Below the pieces are notes generated by a model. The model was not told the origin of the DNA. It did not search any database and saw only the letters and a program-made list of their open reading frames with translations. From an uncultured Candidatus Peribacteria bacterium (GTDB taxonomy: Bacteria > Patescibacteriota > Gracilibacteria > UBA1369 > LOWO2-01-FULL-3), in NCBI GenBank assembly GCA_964480115.1, contig CAYZOB010000075.1:1-60006 (forward strand): 60,006 nt of DNA, written 5' to 3'. Positions 1 to 7,154 of the stretch are shown piece after piece (position 1 is the first letter of the stretch; every line of letters starts with the position of its first letter). Made by a program: the position numbers and the translations under genes.

Positions 1-240
1 GAGACGGGAAAGCCATTCAAAATTATTCCACAAGAATTGGATTTTTGTAAGATGAAGGGTTTGCCTTTGTCGCGCGTGTGCCCGCGCCAGCGTCATAAAA
101 ACCGCATGGCTTTGCGAAATCCCTGGGCTTTGTATGAAAGAAAGTGCAGCAAATGTGAAGTGGCGATTAGGACCACATATGCGCCCAGCAGGATGGAGCC
201 GGTGTATTGCGAGAAGTGTTATGCAGGCTTTGTGGTATAA
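1..240 (+). CDS. 3' end of a Cys-rich zinc-ribbon protein (paralog of 4424..6115); the 5' end lies outside the window
   Basis: Frame 1 is open from base 1 to the TAA at 238-240. The tail (PFKIIPQELDFCKMKGLP..CPRQRHKNRMALRN..LYERKCSKCE..YCEKCY) matches, motif for motif, the C-terminal module of the 563-aa ORF at 4424..6115 (YKITPQELKFYQRMKVP..HPDQRHYDRLKL..LWEKECAKCQ..CCEGCY). Confidence 0.6.
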   Translation, partial: ETGKPFKIIPQELDFCKMKGLPLSRVCPRQRHKNRMALRNPWALYERKCSKCEVAIRTTYAPSRMEPVYCEKCYAGFVV

Positions 241-249
241 TTCTGCTCG

Positions 250-789
250 ATGCAGAAAATTTGTAAACAATGTGCGGCGAAATTTGAAATTGATCAGCGC
301 GAGCTGGATTTTTACAAAAAAATTGAAATGTCTTTGCCAAAACTATGTCCGGATTGTCGGGTGCAGCGCAGGCAGGTTTTTCGCAATGATCGTGTTTTCT
401 ATAATCGAAAATGTGATCTGAGCGGTAAGCAGTTTGTTTCTACTTATGCATCGGACTGTGGTTATAAAATTTATCATCCCGGAGCTCAGCTATTATTTAG
501 GGGCATTGAGGATTACGTTGTTTCAGATTATGTTTTAGCTGAAGTAGCAACTGTTTTGAAAAATAAGGAGGTTTTGAAAATTGCAAAAAGTGCTTTGGAT
601 TTTTTAACCAGCATTGATGGGATAAAAATTCACGAAACTGAGCCGGAATTATTTTGGTCAGCTATGAGTTTTTTCACAAAAACCAAAAATAAACTTTCAT
701 TTACCGATACGCTCTTGCTTTTATTGAGCAGGGAAAATAGAATCCCTCTAGTTACTTTTGATAAGGAATTGGCTAGAATGGCGAAGTAA
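250..789 (+). CDS. Chimeric ORF: N-terminal zinc-ribbon module of the Cys-rich family fused to an N-terminally truncated PIN domain (probably non-functional)
   Basis: Residues 1-77 (CKQCAAKFEIDQRELDFYKK..CPDCRVQRRQVFRNDRVFYNRKCDLSGKQFVSTY..YKIYH) parallel the N-terminus of 4424..6115. Similarity stops near nt 478. The remainder (DYVLAEVATVLKNK..SFTDTLLLLLSRENRIPLVTFDKELARM) looks like the middle and C-terminal parts of a VapC-type PIN domain, without the first acidic motif. Confidence 0.5.
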   Translation: MQKICKQCAAKFEIDQRELDFYKKIEMSLPKLCPDCRVQRRQVFRNDRVFYNRKCDLSGKQFVSTYASDCGYKIYHPGAQLLFRGIEDYVVSDYVLAEVATVLKNKEVLKIAKSALDFLTSIDGIKIHETEPELFWSAMSFFTKTKNKLSFTDTLLLLLSRENRIPLVTFDKELARMAK

Positions 790-791
790 TT

Positions 792-872
792 ATTGAAATC
801 AGCTTTACCGACTCGCTCTTGCTTTTATTTGGCGCAAAAAATAGAATTACTCAGGTTGCTTTATTTTTTTAA
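792..872 (+). pseudogene. Second PIN-domain C-terminal remnant
   Basis: One frame reads IEISFTDSLLLLFGAKNRITQVALFF*. The DNA at 804..860 is a diverged copy of 702..755 (ttaccgaYWcgctcttgcttttatt). There is no start codon and no N-terminal part. Confidence 0.4.
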
Positions 873-885
873 CTTTACCTATTCT

Positions 886-1113
886 ATGATGTTTGGAAAT
901 TTTTTTGGTGGTCTTTCCCTTTCGTTGTTTTTGTGGTTTTTTTTCCAAGTAATTTTGTGGATGGGTGTTATTTTGCTTATTATTTGGATGGCCAGGTATC
1001 TTACAAAAGAGGAGTTGATCAAAAACATCGTTTTTATGATTTTGGTTGGTGCGGGCGGTTCAATTCTCATCTTGACAGCTTTGAATCAATCTGTAACTTA
1101 CGACGTATTGTGA
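886..1113 (+). CDS. Small hypothetical membrane protein (2 predicted TM helices)
   Basis: ATG at 886 within the ORF 793..1113. Hydrophobic stretches LSLSLFLWFFFQVILWMGVILLIIW and IVFMILVGAGGSILILTAL. No recognisable family. Confidence 0.4.
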   Translation: MMFGNFFGGLSLSLFLWFFFQVILWMGVILLIIWMARYLTKEELIKNIVFMILVGAGGSILILTALNQSVTYDVL

Positions 1114-1168
1114 TGCTAATGGTGCGTGAGTAACTAAAGTATCCAGAATTCGAGATTAAATGCCACAT

Positions 1169-1258
1169 GGAGAGATGGCCGAGTGGTTGAAGGCGCTGCT
1201 CTCGAAAAGCAGTAGGGGCGCAAGCTTCTCGGGGGTTCGAATCCCTCTCTCTCCGCCA
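1169..1258 (+). tRNA. tRNA-Ser (anticodon CGA) with encoded CCA
   Basis: Cloverleaf read by eye. Acceptor GGAGAGA/TCTCTCC; D-arm GCC-GAGTGGTTGAA-GGC; anticodon stem CTGCT/AGCAG with loop CTCGAAA (anticodon CGA); long variable arm (TAGGGGCGCAAGCTTCTC) typical of class II Ser tRNAs; T-arm GGGGG-TTCGAAT-CCCTC; then discriminator G and CCA. Confidence 0.93.
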
Positions 1259-1656
1259 TGATCTGTACCCCAAAAAGTGGACACGGCATGGAGTTTTCTT
1301 TTGTTAGAATAAGTTAGTAATCAATCGAATTCAAAAAACGTGCACTATAACTGCACGCGGAAGGAGTCAGTGCAAAAGAAATATGGCTGCGATCAGGCTT
1401 TGACATTGGTAAATGGAGAAAGAGCTATTTCAGAGAAATTTTAAGAGATTGAAGAGAAACAGCATAGAGGTGGATGAATTGTTTTTTATGATTTTTGATC
1501 AGTTTATTCTCTCACTGGATTGGTTATTTCTATATTCAGGAAAAAACTAGTAATTAAAATTTAAAAGTGATAGTATTCTCACATGAAGAAAAATGCTATT
1601 GCAAATAAATTCGGTTTGATAACTTTAACAGAGCCAATATCCTCTAATAAATCCAC

Positions 1657-1854
1657 ATGAATAAATCAATTATTGCGGTAATCGTTTTAGTTATTATCGG
1701 GCTTTACTGGCTTATCGACCATACAGCTCCCTTGCCTTTCAATCATGAACAATTTGGATTATATTACCACAATATACACAGAATAATCGGGGTTGTTTTC
1801 TTAGTTGCGGCTGGATTAGTATGGCGGAAGTCGAAAGAAAAACAAAAAAGCTAA
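1657..1854 (+). CDS. Small hypothetical membrane protein (2 TM)
   Basis: 65-aa ORF with an ATG start, two hydrophobic helices (IIAVIVLVIIGLYWLI; IIGVVFLVAAGLVW) and a basic tail. Confidence 0.45.
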   Translation: MNKSIIAVIVLVIIGLYWLIDHTAPLPFNHEQFGLYYHNIHRIIGVVFLVAAGLVWRKSKEKQKS

Positions 1855-1898
1855 AGTCGGAAGATTTTAAAAATAATTTATTAACTTTAATCAAATAG

Positions 1899-2030
1899 CT
1901 AAAACTATTGTTGCCATCGTTGTTCTCGTGGGTGGATATTTTCTTTTTTACCTTCGACAGCACCGGAACATTTAGCTATCATTGCGGTTTACATCCCTCT
2001 ATGACAGGAAGTGTGGTGATTAGACAATAA
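1899..2030 (+). pseudogene. Remnant of a cupredoxin (plastocyanin/amicyanin-like) gene: only the C-terminal copper-ligand loop survives
   Basis: The frame ending at TAA 2028-2030 reads ..FTFDSTGTFSYHCGLHPSMTGSVVIRQ*. This is the Y-x-C-x2-H-x2-M type-1 copper ligand pattern. There is no ATG, and only about 43 codons are open. An adjacent frame encodes a signal-anchor-like KTIVAIVVLVGGYFLF, which suggests an internal deletion or frameshift. Confidence 0.4.
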
Positions 2031-2068
2031 CTTTATTATCTGGTCGCTGCAAAAAAATTTGCCAACCC

Positions 2069-3028
2069 ATGCACGAAACAGAATATTTATCACGTAAAAA
2101 TTTGATTGCACTGACTCAAGAGGTGAGGGAATATCTCAAGAGTTTAAGCTGGTTTAAGCGATATGTTTATGAGGTTTTCATTTGCGTTTTTAAACTGGCT
2201 CTTTTTGCCGGCGGTATTTGGATTTTTTCTTTTCCGGGTCTGTGGAATAAAATTTTAATTTTGCCGGTTTTGTCTTTTTTGTACGCCAGTATTTCAATTA
2301 CCGGTATTCATGAAACTGGTCATCGTGCTTTCGTGAAATGGCCTTTGCTCAATAAAATTTTGGGTTACTTTTTTGCGGACTTTTGGACGGGAAAGAGCAG
2401 CCTTTGGTTCCATTATCATCATTGTCAGGAGCATCACACTTATACGAATGTGCCCCAGAAGGAAGAGCAATTTATATATTATCCCTGGATGAATGCTTAT
2501 GTTTATTTTTTTGGATTGCCATATTTAATTCTTTTTTGGTTTTTTTATCGCAGCATTAAGTTTTTGTGGGAGAAGTGGCTGCAGCTTGCCATCTATTTAG
2601 TATTGGCGATTGCCGGTTATGCTTTGAATATTTATCTTTTTAGTTTATTTGTACCGCTTGGTTGGGCGATTTTTTGGACTTTTGCAATGCGGCTTTTGTT
2701 TGTGCCTGTTTTTTTACAACTGACAATTTTTAATCACATAGATTTGGATTTGTTGGATAAATTGGAACCATGGCTGCCTCACCAAAGCAAGACGACCAGA
2801 AATATCAAAAAAACCTGGTTTTTCTCTTGGATTGGCGGTAATTCCTTGGTAGATTGTCATATTGAGCATCATATTTTCCCGGCTTTATCTCAGGCGATGC
2901 TTGCAAAAGTTCATCCAATTATTGAAAAATATTTGCAGCGAGAAGGCTATAAATATGTGGAGGATAATTATTGGAAGTGTTTGAGGTTTTGTTTGAAAAA
3001 TTATGACAAAATCTTTTTGGTGAGCTAA
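2069..3028 (+). CDS. Membrane fatty-acid desaturase family protein (di-iron, three His boxes)
   Basis: His boxes HETGH, HYHHCQEHH and HIEHHIFP in the canonical order and spacing, separated by multiple hydrophobic helices. 319 aa. Confidence 0.85.
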   Translation: MHETEYLSRKNLIALTQEVREYLKSLSWFKRYVYEVFICVFKLALFAGGIWIFSFPGLWNKILILPVLSFLYASISITGIHETGHRAFVKWPLLNKILGYFFADFWTGKSSLWFHYHHCQEHHTYTNVPQKEEQFIYYPWMNAYVYFFGLPYLILFWFFYRSIKFLWEKWLQLAIYLVLAIAGYALNIYLFSLFVPLGWAIFWTFAMRLLFVPVFLQLTIFNHIDLDLLDKLEPWLPHQSKTTRNIKKTWFFSWIGGNSLVDCHIEHHIFPALSQAMLAKVHPIIEKYLQREGYKYVEDNYWKCLRFCLKNYDKIFLVS

Positions 3029-3031
3029 TTG

Positions 3032-3904
3032 CTATCTTCTTGATCTCCAAGCGCTGATTCTAGCTTTTATTTCGTCAATATCACTTTCTAAGAGCCATCT
3101 TTCTTTTGGCCATTCCTTCCTTCTATCCCATTGTTCCCTTGTCCATCTTCTTTTACTGCGGCGACAGTCAATATGAAGAGCATTTTTACCGCTGTATAAT
3201 CCTATACCTCCGCTATTTCTCATTAAAAAAAGAGCGCTTTTTAAAATCCTTTTATCTGTATATTCAAAATCCAGTGCTTGTCCTGAGATGTGTCTACTCC
3301 TATACGCTTTATCTCCTCCTCTATCATCGTACATACGTTTATTCTCCAGATATGGTCGAAAGCCCTCATTTACTACCATTATGACACCAGAGTCATTTCT
3401 AATAGATTCAACCAAGGCAACTAATTTGCGATCAATTCTCGCATATTTTCGGTAATATTCCACGTTATCTCCGGACTGGATTGTCCAATAGGTTCCACCT
3501 TTTACGTATTTTAAATCTTTGGGATCAATTCTTACAAATTCTTTAACCGTGAAATGTGGTGAAATTTGTTTATCCAGATCTCCTTTTTCAATTTCCAGTA
3601 AAGGATTTCCTGATTTGATTGGATCATAGTATTCCCATTTTTCGGGTTTCTTTTTCGGAGGTATAAGATTTCTGCCTTTAGCAATTTTTAGTCTTAATCC
3701 ACTACCAAATTTGAGGGTTTCTGCTTTATTGGGTTTGTTGGGTCTATTGGTTAGCTGTCTTGCTAATTCATTTCCTGATCTTACTGTTCCAGCCATTTTT
3801 AAATTTCCGGCAATATAATCAGAAAAGCTTTGTCGTAGAGGATTCCAGGTTGGTAGATTTTCCCAATCCGGTTGTATGCCACCATTTTCTTTAGGAGGTT
3901 TCAT
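3032..3904 (-). CDS. Peptidase M15A-like (YcbK/DUF882-type zinc D,D- or L,D-peptidase), leaderless, with a cationic Trp/Arg-rich C-terminal tail
   Basis: ISPHFTVKEF..; SRHISGQALDF and ALHIDCR give the H-x6-D ... H zinc triad of the M15A family. No N-terminal hydrophobic segment. The tail reads RRSKRRWTREQWDRRKEWPKERW..AWRSRR. Confidence 0.8.
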   Translation of the reverse strand: MKPPKENGGIQPDWENLPTWNPLRQSFSDYIAGNLKMAGTVRSGNELARQLTNRPNKPNKAETLKFGSGLRLKIAKGRNLIPPKKKPEKWEYYDPIKSGNPLLEIEKGDLDKQISPHFTVKEFVRIDPKDLKYVKGGTYWTIQSGDNVEYYRKYARIDRKLVALVESIRNDSGVIMVVNEGFRPYLENKRMYDDRGGDKAYRSRHISGQALDFEYTDKRILKSALFLMRNSGGIGLYSGKNALHIDCRRSKRRWTREQWDRRKEWPKERWLLESDIDEIKARISAWRSRR

Positions 3905-3963
3905 GATTTGATTTTACAATGTGATAGCTCATGTCGTCATTGTATCAAAGTAGTAGACTTTTA

Positions 3964-4194
3964 CTATTTGTAATCTTTCAATAATTCTATGCGCTTCAGT
4001 GATTTGGCCTGATTGTAGTATTTTGTGTCGGAGGTGAGGAAAGTGCCGTTGTTTCTGATTGCAATCGAATGGTAGATTGCGTCGTAGAATGATATTTTCG
4101 GTGATTTTTCGATTATTTCCGTGGCCGTGCCGATATTTTCCAGGGTTAATTCATATTCTTCGATTTCCATCATCATTATTTGTGCCAATATCAA
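3964..4194 (-). pseudogene. N-terminally truncated PIN-domain (VapC-like) toxin gene
   Basis: 76-aa ORF with a TTG start. Only the distal half of a PIN fold is present (..FYDAIYHSIAIRNNGTFLTSDTKYY..). The N-terminal region carrying the first catalytic Asp, roughly 50 aa, is absent. Confidence 0.55.
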
Positions 4195-4199
4195 AGTAG

Positions 4200-4355
4200 T
4201 TATGGTAGGAATTTTCCTGTAAATCGTAAATTTTTTAATTTAATTAATTCTTCGGTGGACATTTTTAATTTCCAAGCGTCTCTGAGTTTGTCCATTTCTT
4301 CTGAGGCTCTGTGGCGTTTATATGATCTCATGGCGTCTTTTAGAGTTTTTTCCAT
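4200..4355 (-). CDS. Small ORF (51 aa) in the antitoxin position upstream of the truncated PIN gene
   Basis: ATG at 4355 and TAA at 4200-4202, which is 5 nt before the PIN ORF. It translates to MEKTLKDAMRSYKRHRASEEMDKLRDAWKLKMSTEELIKLKNLRFTGKFLP. Position and size fit a VapB-like partner, but no fold is recognisable. Confidence 0.3.
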   Translation of the reverse strand: MEKTLKDAMRSYKRHRASEEMDKLRDAWKLKMSTEELIKLKNLRFTGKFLP

Positions 4356-4423
4356 GAAATCACTGCGTGCTGGAAAATTTCAAGCATGTTGCTTTTCGCC
4401 TGTTATTTAGCTAAAAAGTACAT

Positions 4424-6115
4424 ATGTTTAAAAATTGCCGGCAATGTGGAGTTCGGTTTGAAATAACGGATGAAGATTTGCAGGCTTATGATAAATTTTC
4501 GCCTACTTTTGATGGTAAAAAATTCCATATTCCTACGCCGAAAATGTGTCCGCTTTGCCGTCAGCAGCGCAGGTTGGCTTTTCGTAATGAGCGGAAGCTT
4601 TATACGCGCAAATGTGATCTTTCCGGCAGACAAATCATTTCAATTTATTCTCCCGATAAACCATATAAGGTCTATGATCAGCCGGAATGGTGGAGTGATA
4701 AATGGGATCCGCTGATTTATGGCAGAGAGTATGATTTTTCCAGAGATTTTTCCAAGCAACTGAAAGATTTGTATGTGGATGTTCCGCGCGTTTCAATGCA
4801 TATTTTAAGTAGTGAAAATTGCTATTATAATTCTTATCTTTTGTATTGTAAGAATTGTTATCTGCTCTCCGGTGGCGGTTATAATGAAGATTGTATGTTT
4901 GGCAAATATATTTCTTTTTCCAAGGATGTTTTAAATGCTCTTTGTGTCTATTCTTCGGAGTTTTGTTATGAAATAGTGGCGAGTGACGGTTGTTATAATT
5001 GTCGTTTTTTATTAAATTGCCGCAATTGCAGCGATTGTACGGTGATTGAGGATTGTAGCGGCTGCAAGAATTGTTATTGTTGTTTTGGCCTTAGATCAAA
5101 GGAATATTGTGTTTTTAATGAATTTGTTGGCAAGGAAAAGTATCAGGAGTTTGTCCAGGAGTATGAATATTTGACCAATAGCAAAATTGAATTTTTGCGA
5201 AAAGAATTGCAAGAATTAAGTGCAAATATGCCGCATATTCAGTCGCATATTTATGCCAGTGAAAATTGTAGTGGTGATGCCATTTTTAATTCCAAAAACT
5301 GTCATTTTGCTTATGATGTAAAGGATTCTGAGGATTGTAAGTTTTTGCACAATTCGCCAAAATGCGTGGGAACTTATGATGCGGTGTATTGTGCTCCGGA
5401 TGGCTTGCAGTTCTGCTATAATGTTTGTTCTTGCGTCGGTACGAATCTGATGGCGACTTACTTTGTCTGGTATTGCGATAATGTGCGTTATTCAATGGAT
5501 TGTTTGAATTCGCAGGATCTTTTTGGTTGTGTGGGTTTACGAAATAAGCGTTATTGTGTTTTTAATAAGCAATACGGTAAGGAAGAATATGAGAAATTGG
5601 TGGCAAAAATCATTGAGCAAATGCAGAAAGATGGAGCCTGGGGCGAATTTATGCCCTATCAGTTGGCACCGTGTGATTATAATGAAACGGTGGCGATGGA
5701 ATATTTTCCTTTGAGTAAAGAGCAGATTTTAAAGTTGGATGCGCATTTTCATGAAGAAAAAGTTGTTCAAGGGCCGGATAAAGATTTTTATGATCCACCG
5801 GCTGATATTAGAGAGGTGCCTGACAGCATCTTAGATAAAACTTTGAAGTGTGAGGTAAGTGGTCGTGAATATAAAATTACACCTCAGGAATTGAAATTTT
5901 ATCAAAGAATGAAGGTGCCTATTCCGCGCAGACATCCTGATCAGAGGCATTATGACAGGTTGAAATTGCATGGTTACTATAGATTATGGGAGAAAGAATG
6001 TGCTAAATGTCAGAAAAGTATGCAGACGGTTTATGCGTCGGATAAAGAAAACAATGCACATTTTGCTCCGCAAAATGTCTGTTGTGAAGGGTGCTATTTG
6101 AGGGAGCTTTATTGA
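4424..6115 (+). CDS. Cys-rich repeat protein bracketed by two homologous zinc-ribbon modules (full-length member of the family fragmented at 1..480)
   Basis: 563 aa. N-module CRQCGVRFEITDEDLQAYDKF..CPLCRQQRRLAFRNERKLYTRKCDLSG. C-module YKITPQELKFYQRM..LWEKECAKCQ..CCEGCY. The core carries many degenerate Cys-containing repeats, roughly 15-20 residues apart (NCYYNS.., NCRFLLNCRNCSDCTVIEDCSGCKNCYCCFG.., NCHFAYDVKDSEDCKF..) and two copies of G(L)R.K.YCVFN..YGKEEY. Confidence 0.8.
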   Translation: MFKNCRQCGVRFEITDEDLQAYDKFSPTFDGKKFHIPTPKMCPLCRQQRRLAFRNERKLYTRKCDLSGRQIISIYSPDKPYKVYDQPEWWSDKWDPLIYGREYDFSRDFSKQLKDLYVDVPRVSMHILSSENCYYNSYLLYCKNCYLLSGGGYNEDCMFGKYISFSKDVLNALCVYSSEFCYEIVASDGCYNCRFLLNCRNCSDCTVIEDCSGCKNCYCCFGLRSKEYCVFNEFVGKEKYQEFVQEYEYLTNSKIEFLRKELQELSANMPHIQSHIYASENCSGDAIFNSKNCHFAYDVKDSEDCKFLHNSPKCVGTYDAVYCAPDGLQFCYNVCSCVGTNLMATYFVWYCDNVRYSMDCLNSQDLFGCVGLRNKRYCVFNKQYGKEEYEKLVAKIIEQMQKDGAWGEFMPYQLAPCDYNETVAMEYFPLSKEQILKLDAHFHEEKVVQGPDKDFYDPPADIREVPDSILDKTLKCEVSGREYKITPQELKFYQRMKVPIPRRHPDQRHYDRLKLHGYYRLWEKECAKCQKSMQTVYASDKENNAHFAPQNVCCEGCYLRELY

Positions 6116-6125
6116 TGAAGCTTTA

Positions 6126-7127
6126 TTGACGGATTTGCCTATATTTTCTATAAAGCACATCAGCGTGCGAAATTTCTTTTGGCTTTGCTTTTTGATCATA
6201 GGTGTAGATCCTATTATTTTCCTGTACAATGCCTCCATGTGGTTACTTTTTTCAATTTTGGCGCCGTTGTTGTGGGCTGTCGGGAATCCGATAGATGGAG
6301 CTTTGCGCCGAAATTGGATTAAAGATGATATGTTCATGACCGGTCTTTTTGCGCTGACGAAGCTGCCGGTAGCGATCGGATTCATGGTGATATTTGGGCA
6401 GGGAATTGTGCTGGGCTGGCCGTTTTTCTGGATGTTTTTTGCCGGAATAATTTGGATGTTGGGCTTTGTTTTTTATTATAAAGCAATGCAAATTGAGGAG
6501 GTGAGCAGGGTGGTTTTATTTTTACAGTTTCAGCCGATAATTATCTTTATTATTGGAGCGATGATGCTGGGGGAGACTTTGAGTTTTTCCCAATTTATAG
6601 CGTTTCTTTTGATTTTCAGCGGTAGCATTTTGGCGGCAATCAAGAAGAGCGAGAGTAAATGGCATTTCAGTAAGGCCTTTTTATTTATTTTTGTGGCAGA
6701 TATTATTTGGGCGTTAGCGGATGTGATGTTTAAGAAATTCGCGGTTTATTTTCCAAATTTCTGGTCGGCATTTGCGGTAGATTTGTTTGGTAGCAGTATT
6801 TTGGGATTGTTTTTGTTCTTTTTGCCAAAATACAGGATCGTTTTTAAGAATTTCAGATTGCCAATTCGTGGCTGGAGTATGCTTTTTATTTCGGCGACTG
6901 TTGGTACAATCGGCTCGCTCGCTTTTGCCTATGCTTTAATTTTGGGAAAAGTAGCTCTTACGTCAGTTATTATGGGCATACAGCCTTTTTTCGCCTTTAT
7001 TTTTGCTTTATTGTTGCATTTTTTCTTTAAAGAAATTCCTCGGGAATCGATTGCAAAGGCAAATTTGCTGGTGAAATTGTTTTCCTTTGTTTTGATTGTT
7101 TCCGGCCTTGTTTATTTGTATTATTGA
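6126..7127 (+). CDS. EamA/DMT-superfamily-like transporter (about 10 TM)
   Basis: Polytopic hydrophobic ORF with a two-halves organisation and an EamA-like motif (MLGETLSFSQFIAFLLIFSGSILA). The ORF opens at TTG 6126. The ATG at 6237 (MWLLFSILAPLLWAVGNP) is the more typical start. Confidence 0.65.
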   Translation: MTDLPIFSIKHISVRNFFWLCFLIIGVDPIIFLYNASMWLLFSILAPLLWAVGNPIDGALRRNWIKDDMFMTGLFALTKLPVAIGFMVIFGQGIVLGWPFFWMFFAGIIWMLGFVFYYKAMQIEEVSRVVLFLQFQPIIIFIIGAMMLGETLSFSQFIAFLLIFSGSILAAIKKSESKWHFSKAFLFIFVADIIWALADVMFKKFAVYFPNFWSAFAVDLFGSSILGLFLFFLPKYRIVFKNFRLPIRGWSMLFISATVGTIGSLAFAYALILGKVALTSVIMGIQPFFAFIFALLLHFFFKEIPRESIAKANLLVKLFSFVLIVSGLVYLYY

Positions 7128-7154
7128 TCATTTATTTATGATATAATTGGGTCT

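Noticed and set aside
1259-1656. The 400-bp ORF-free stretch after tRNA-Ser as an integrase remnant or att site.
   Set aside because: No frame shows tyrosine-recombinase motifs (R..HxxR..Y), and I could not find a repeat of the tRNA 3' end in the window. It is mentioned only as part of the patchwork-region finding.
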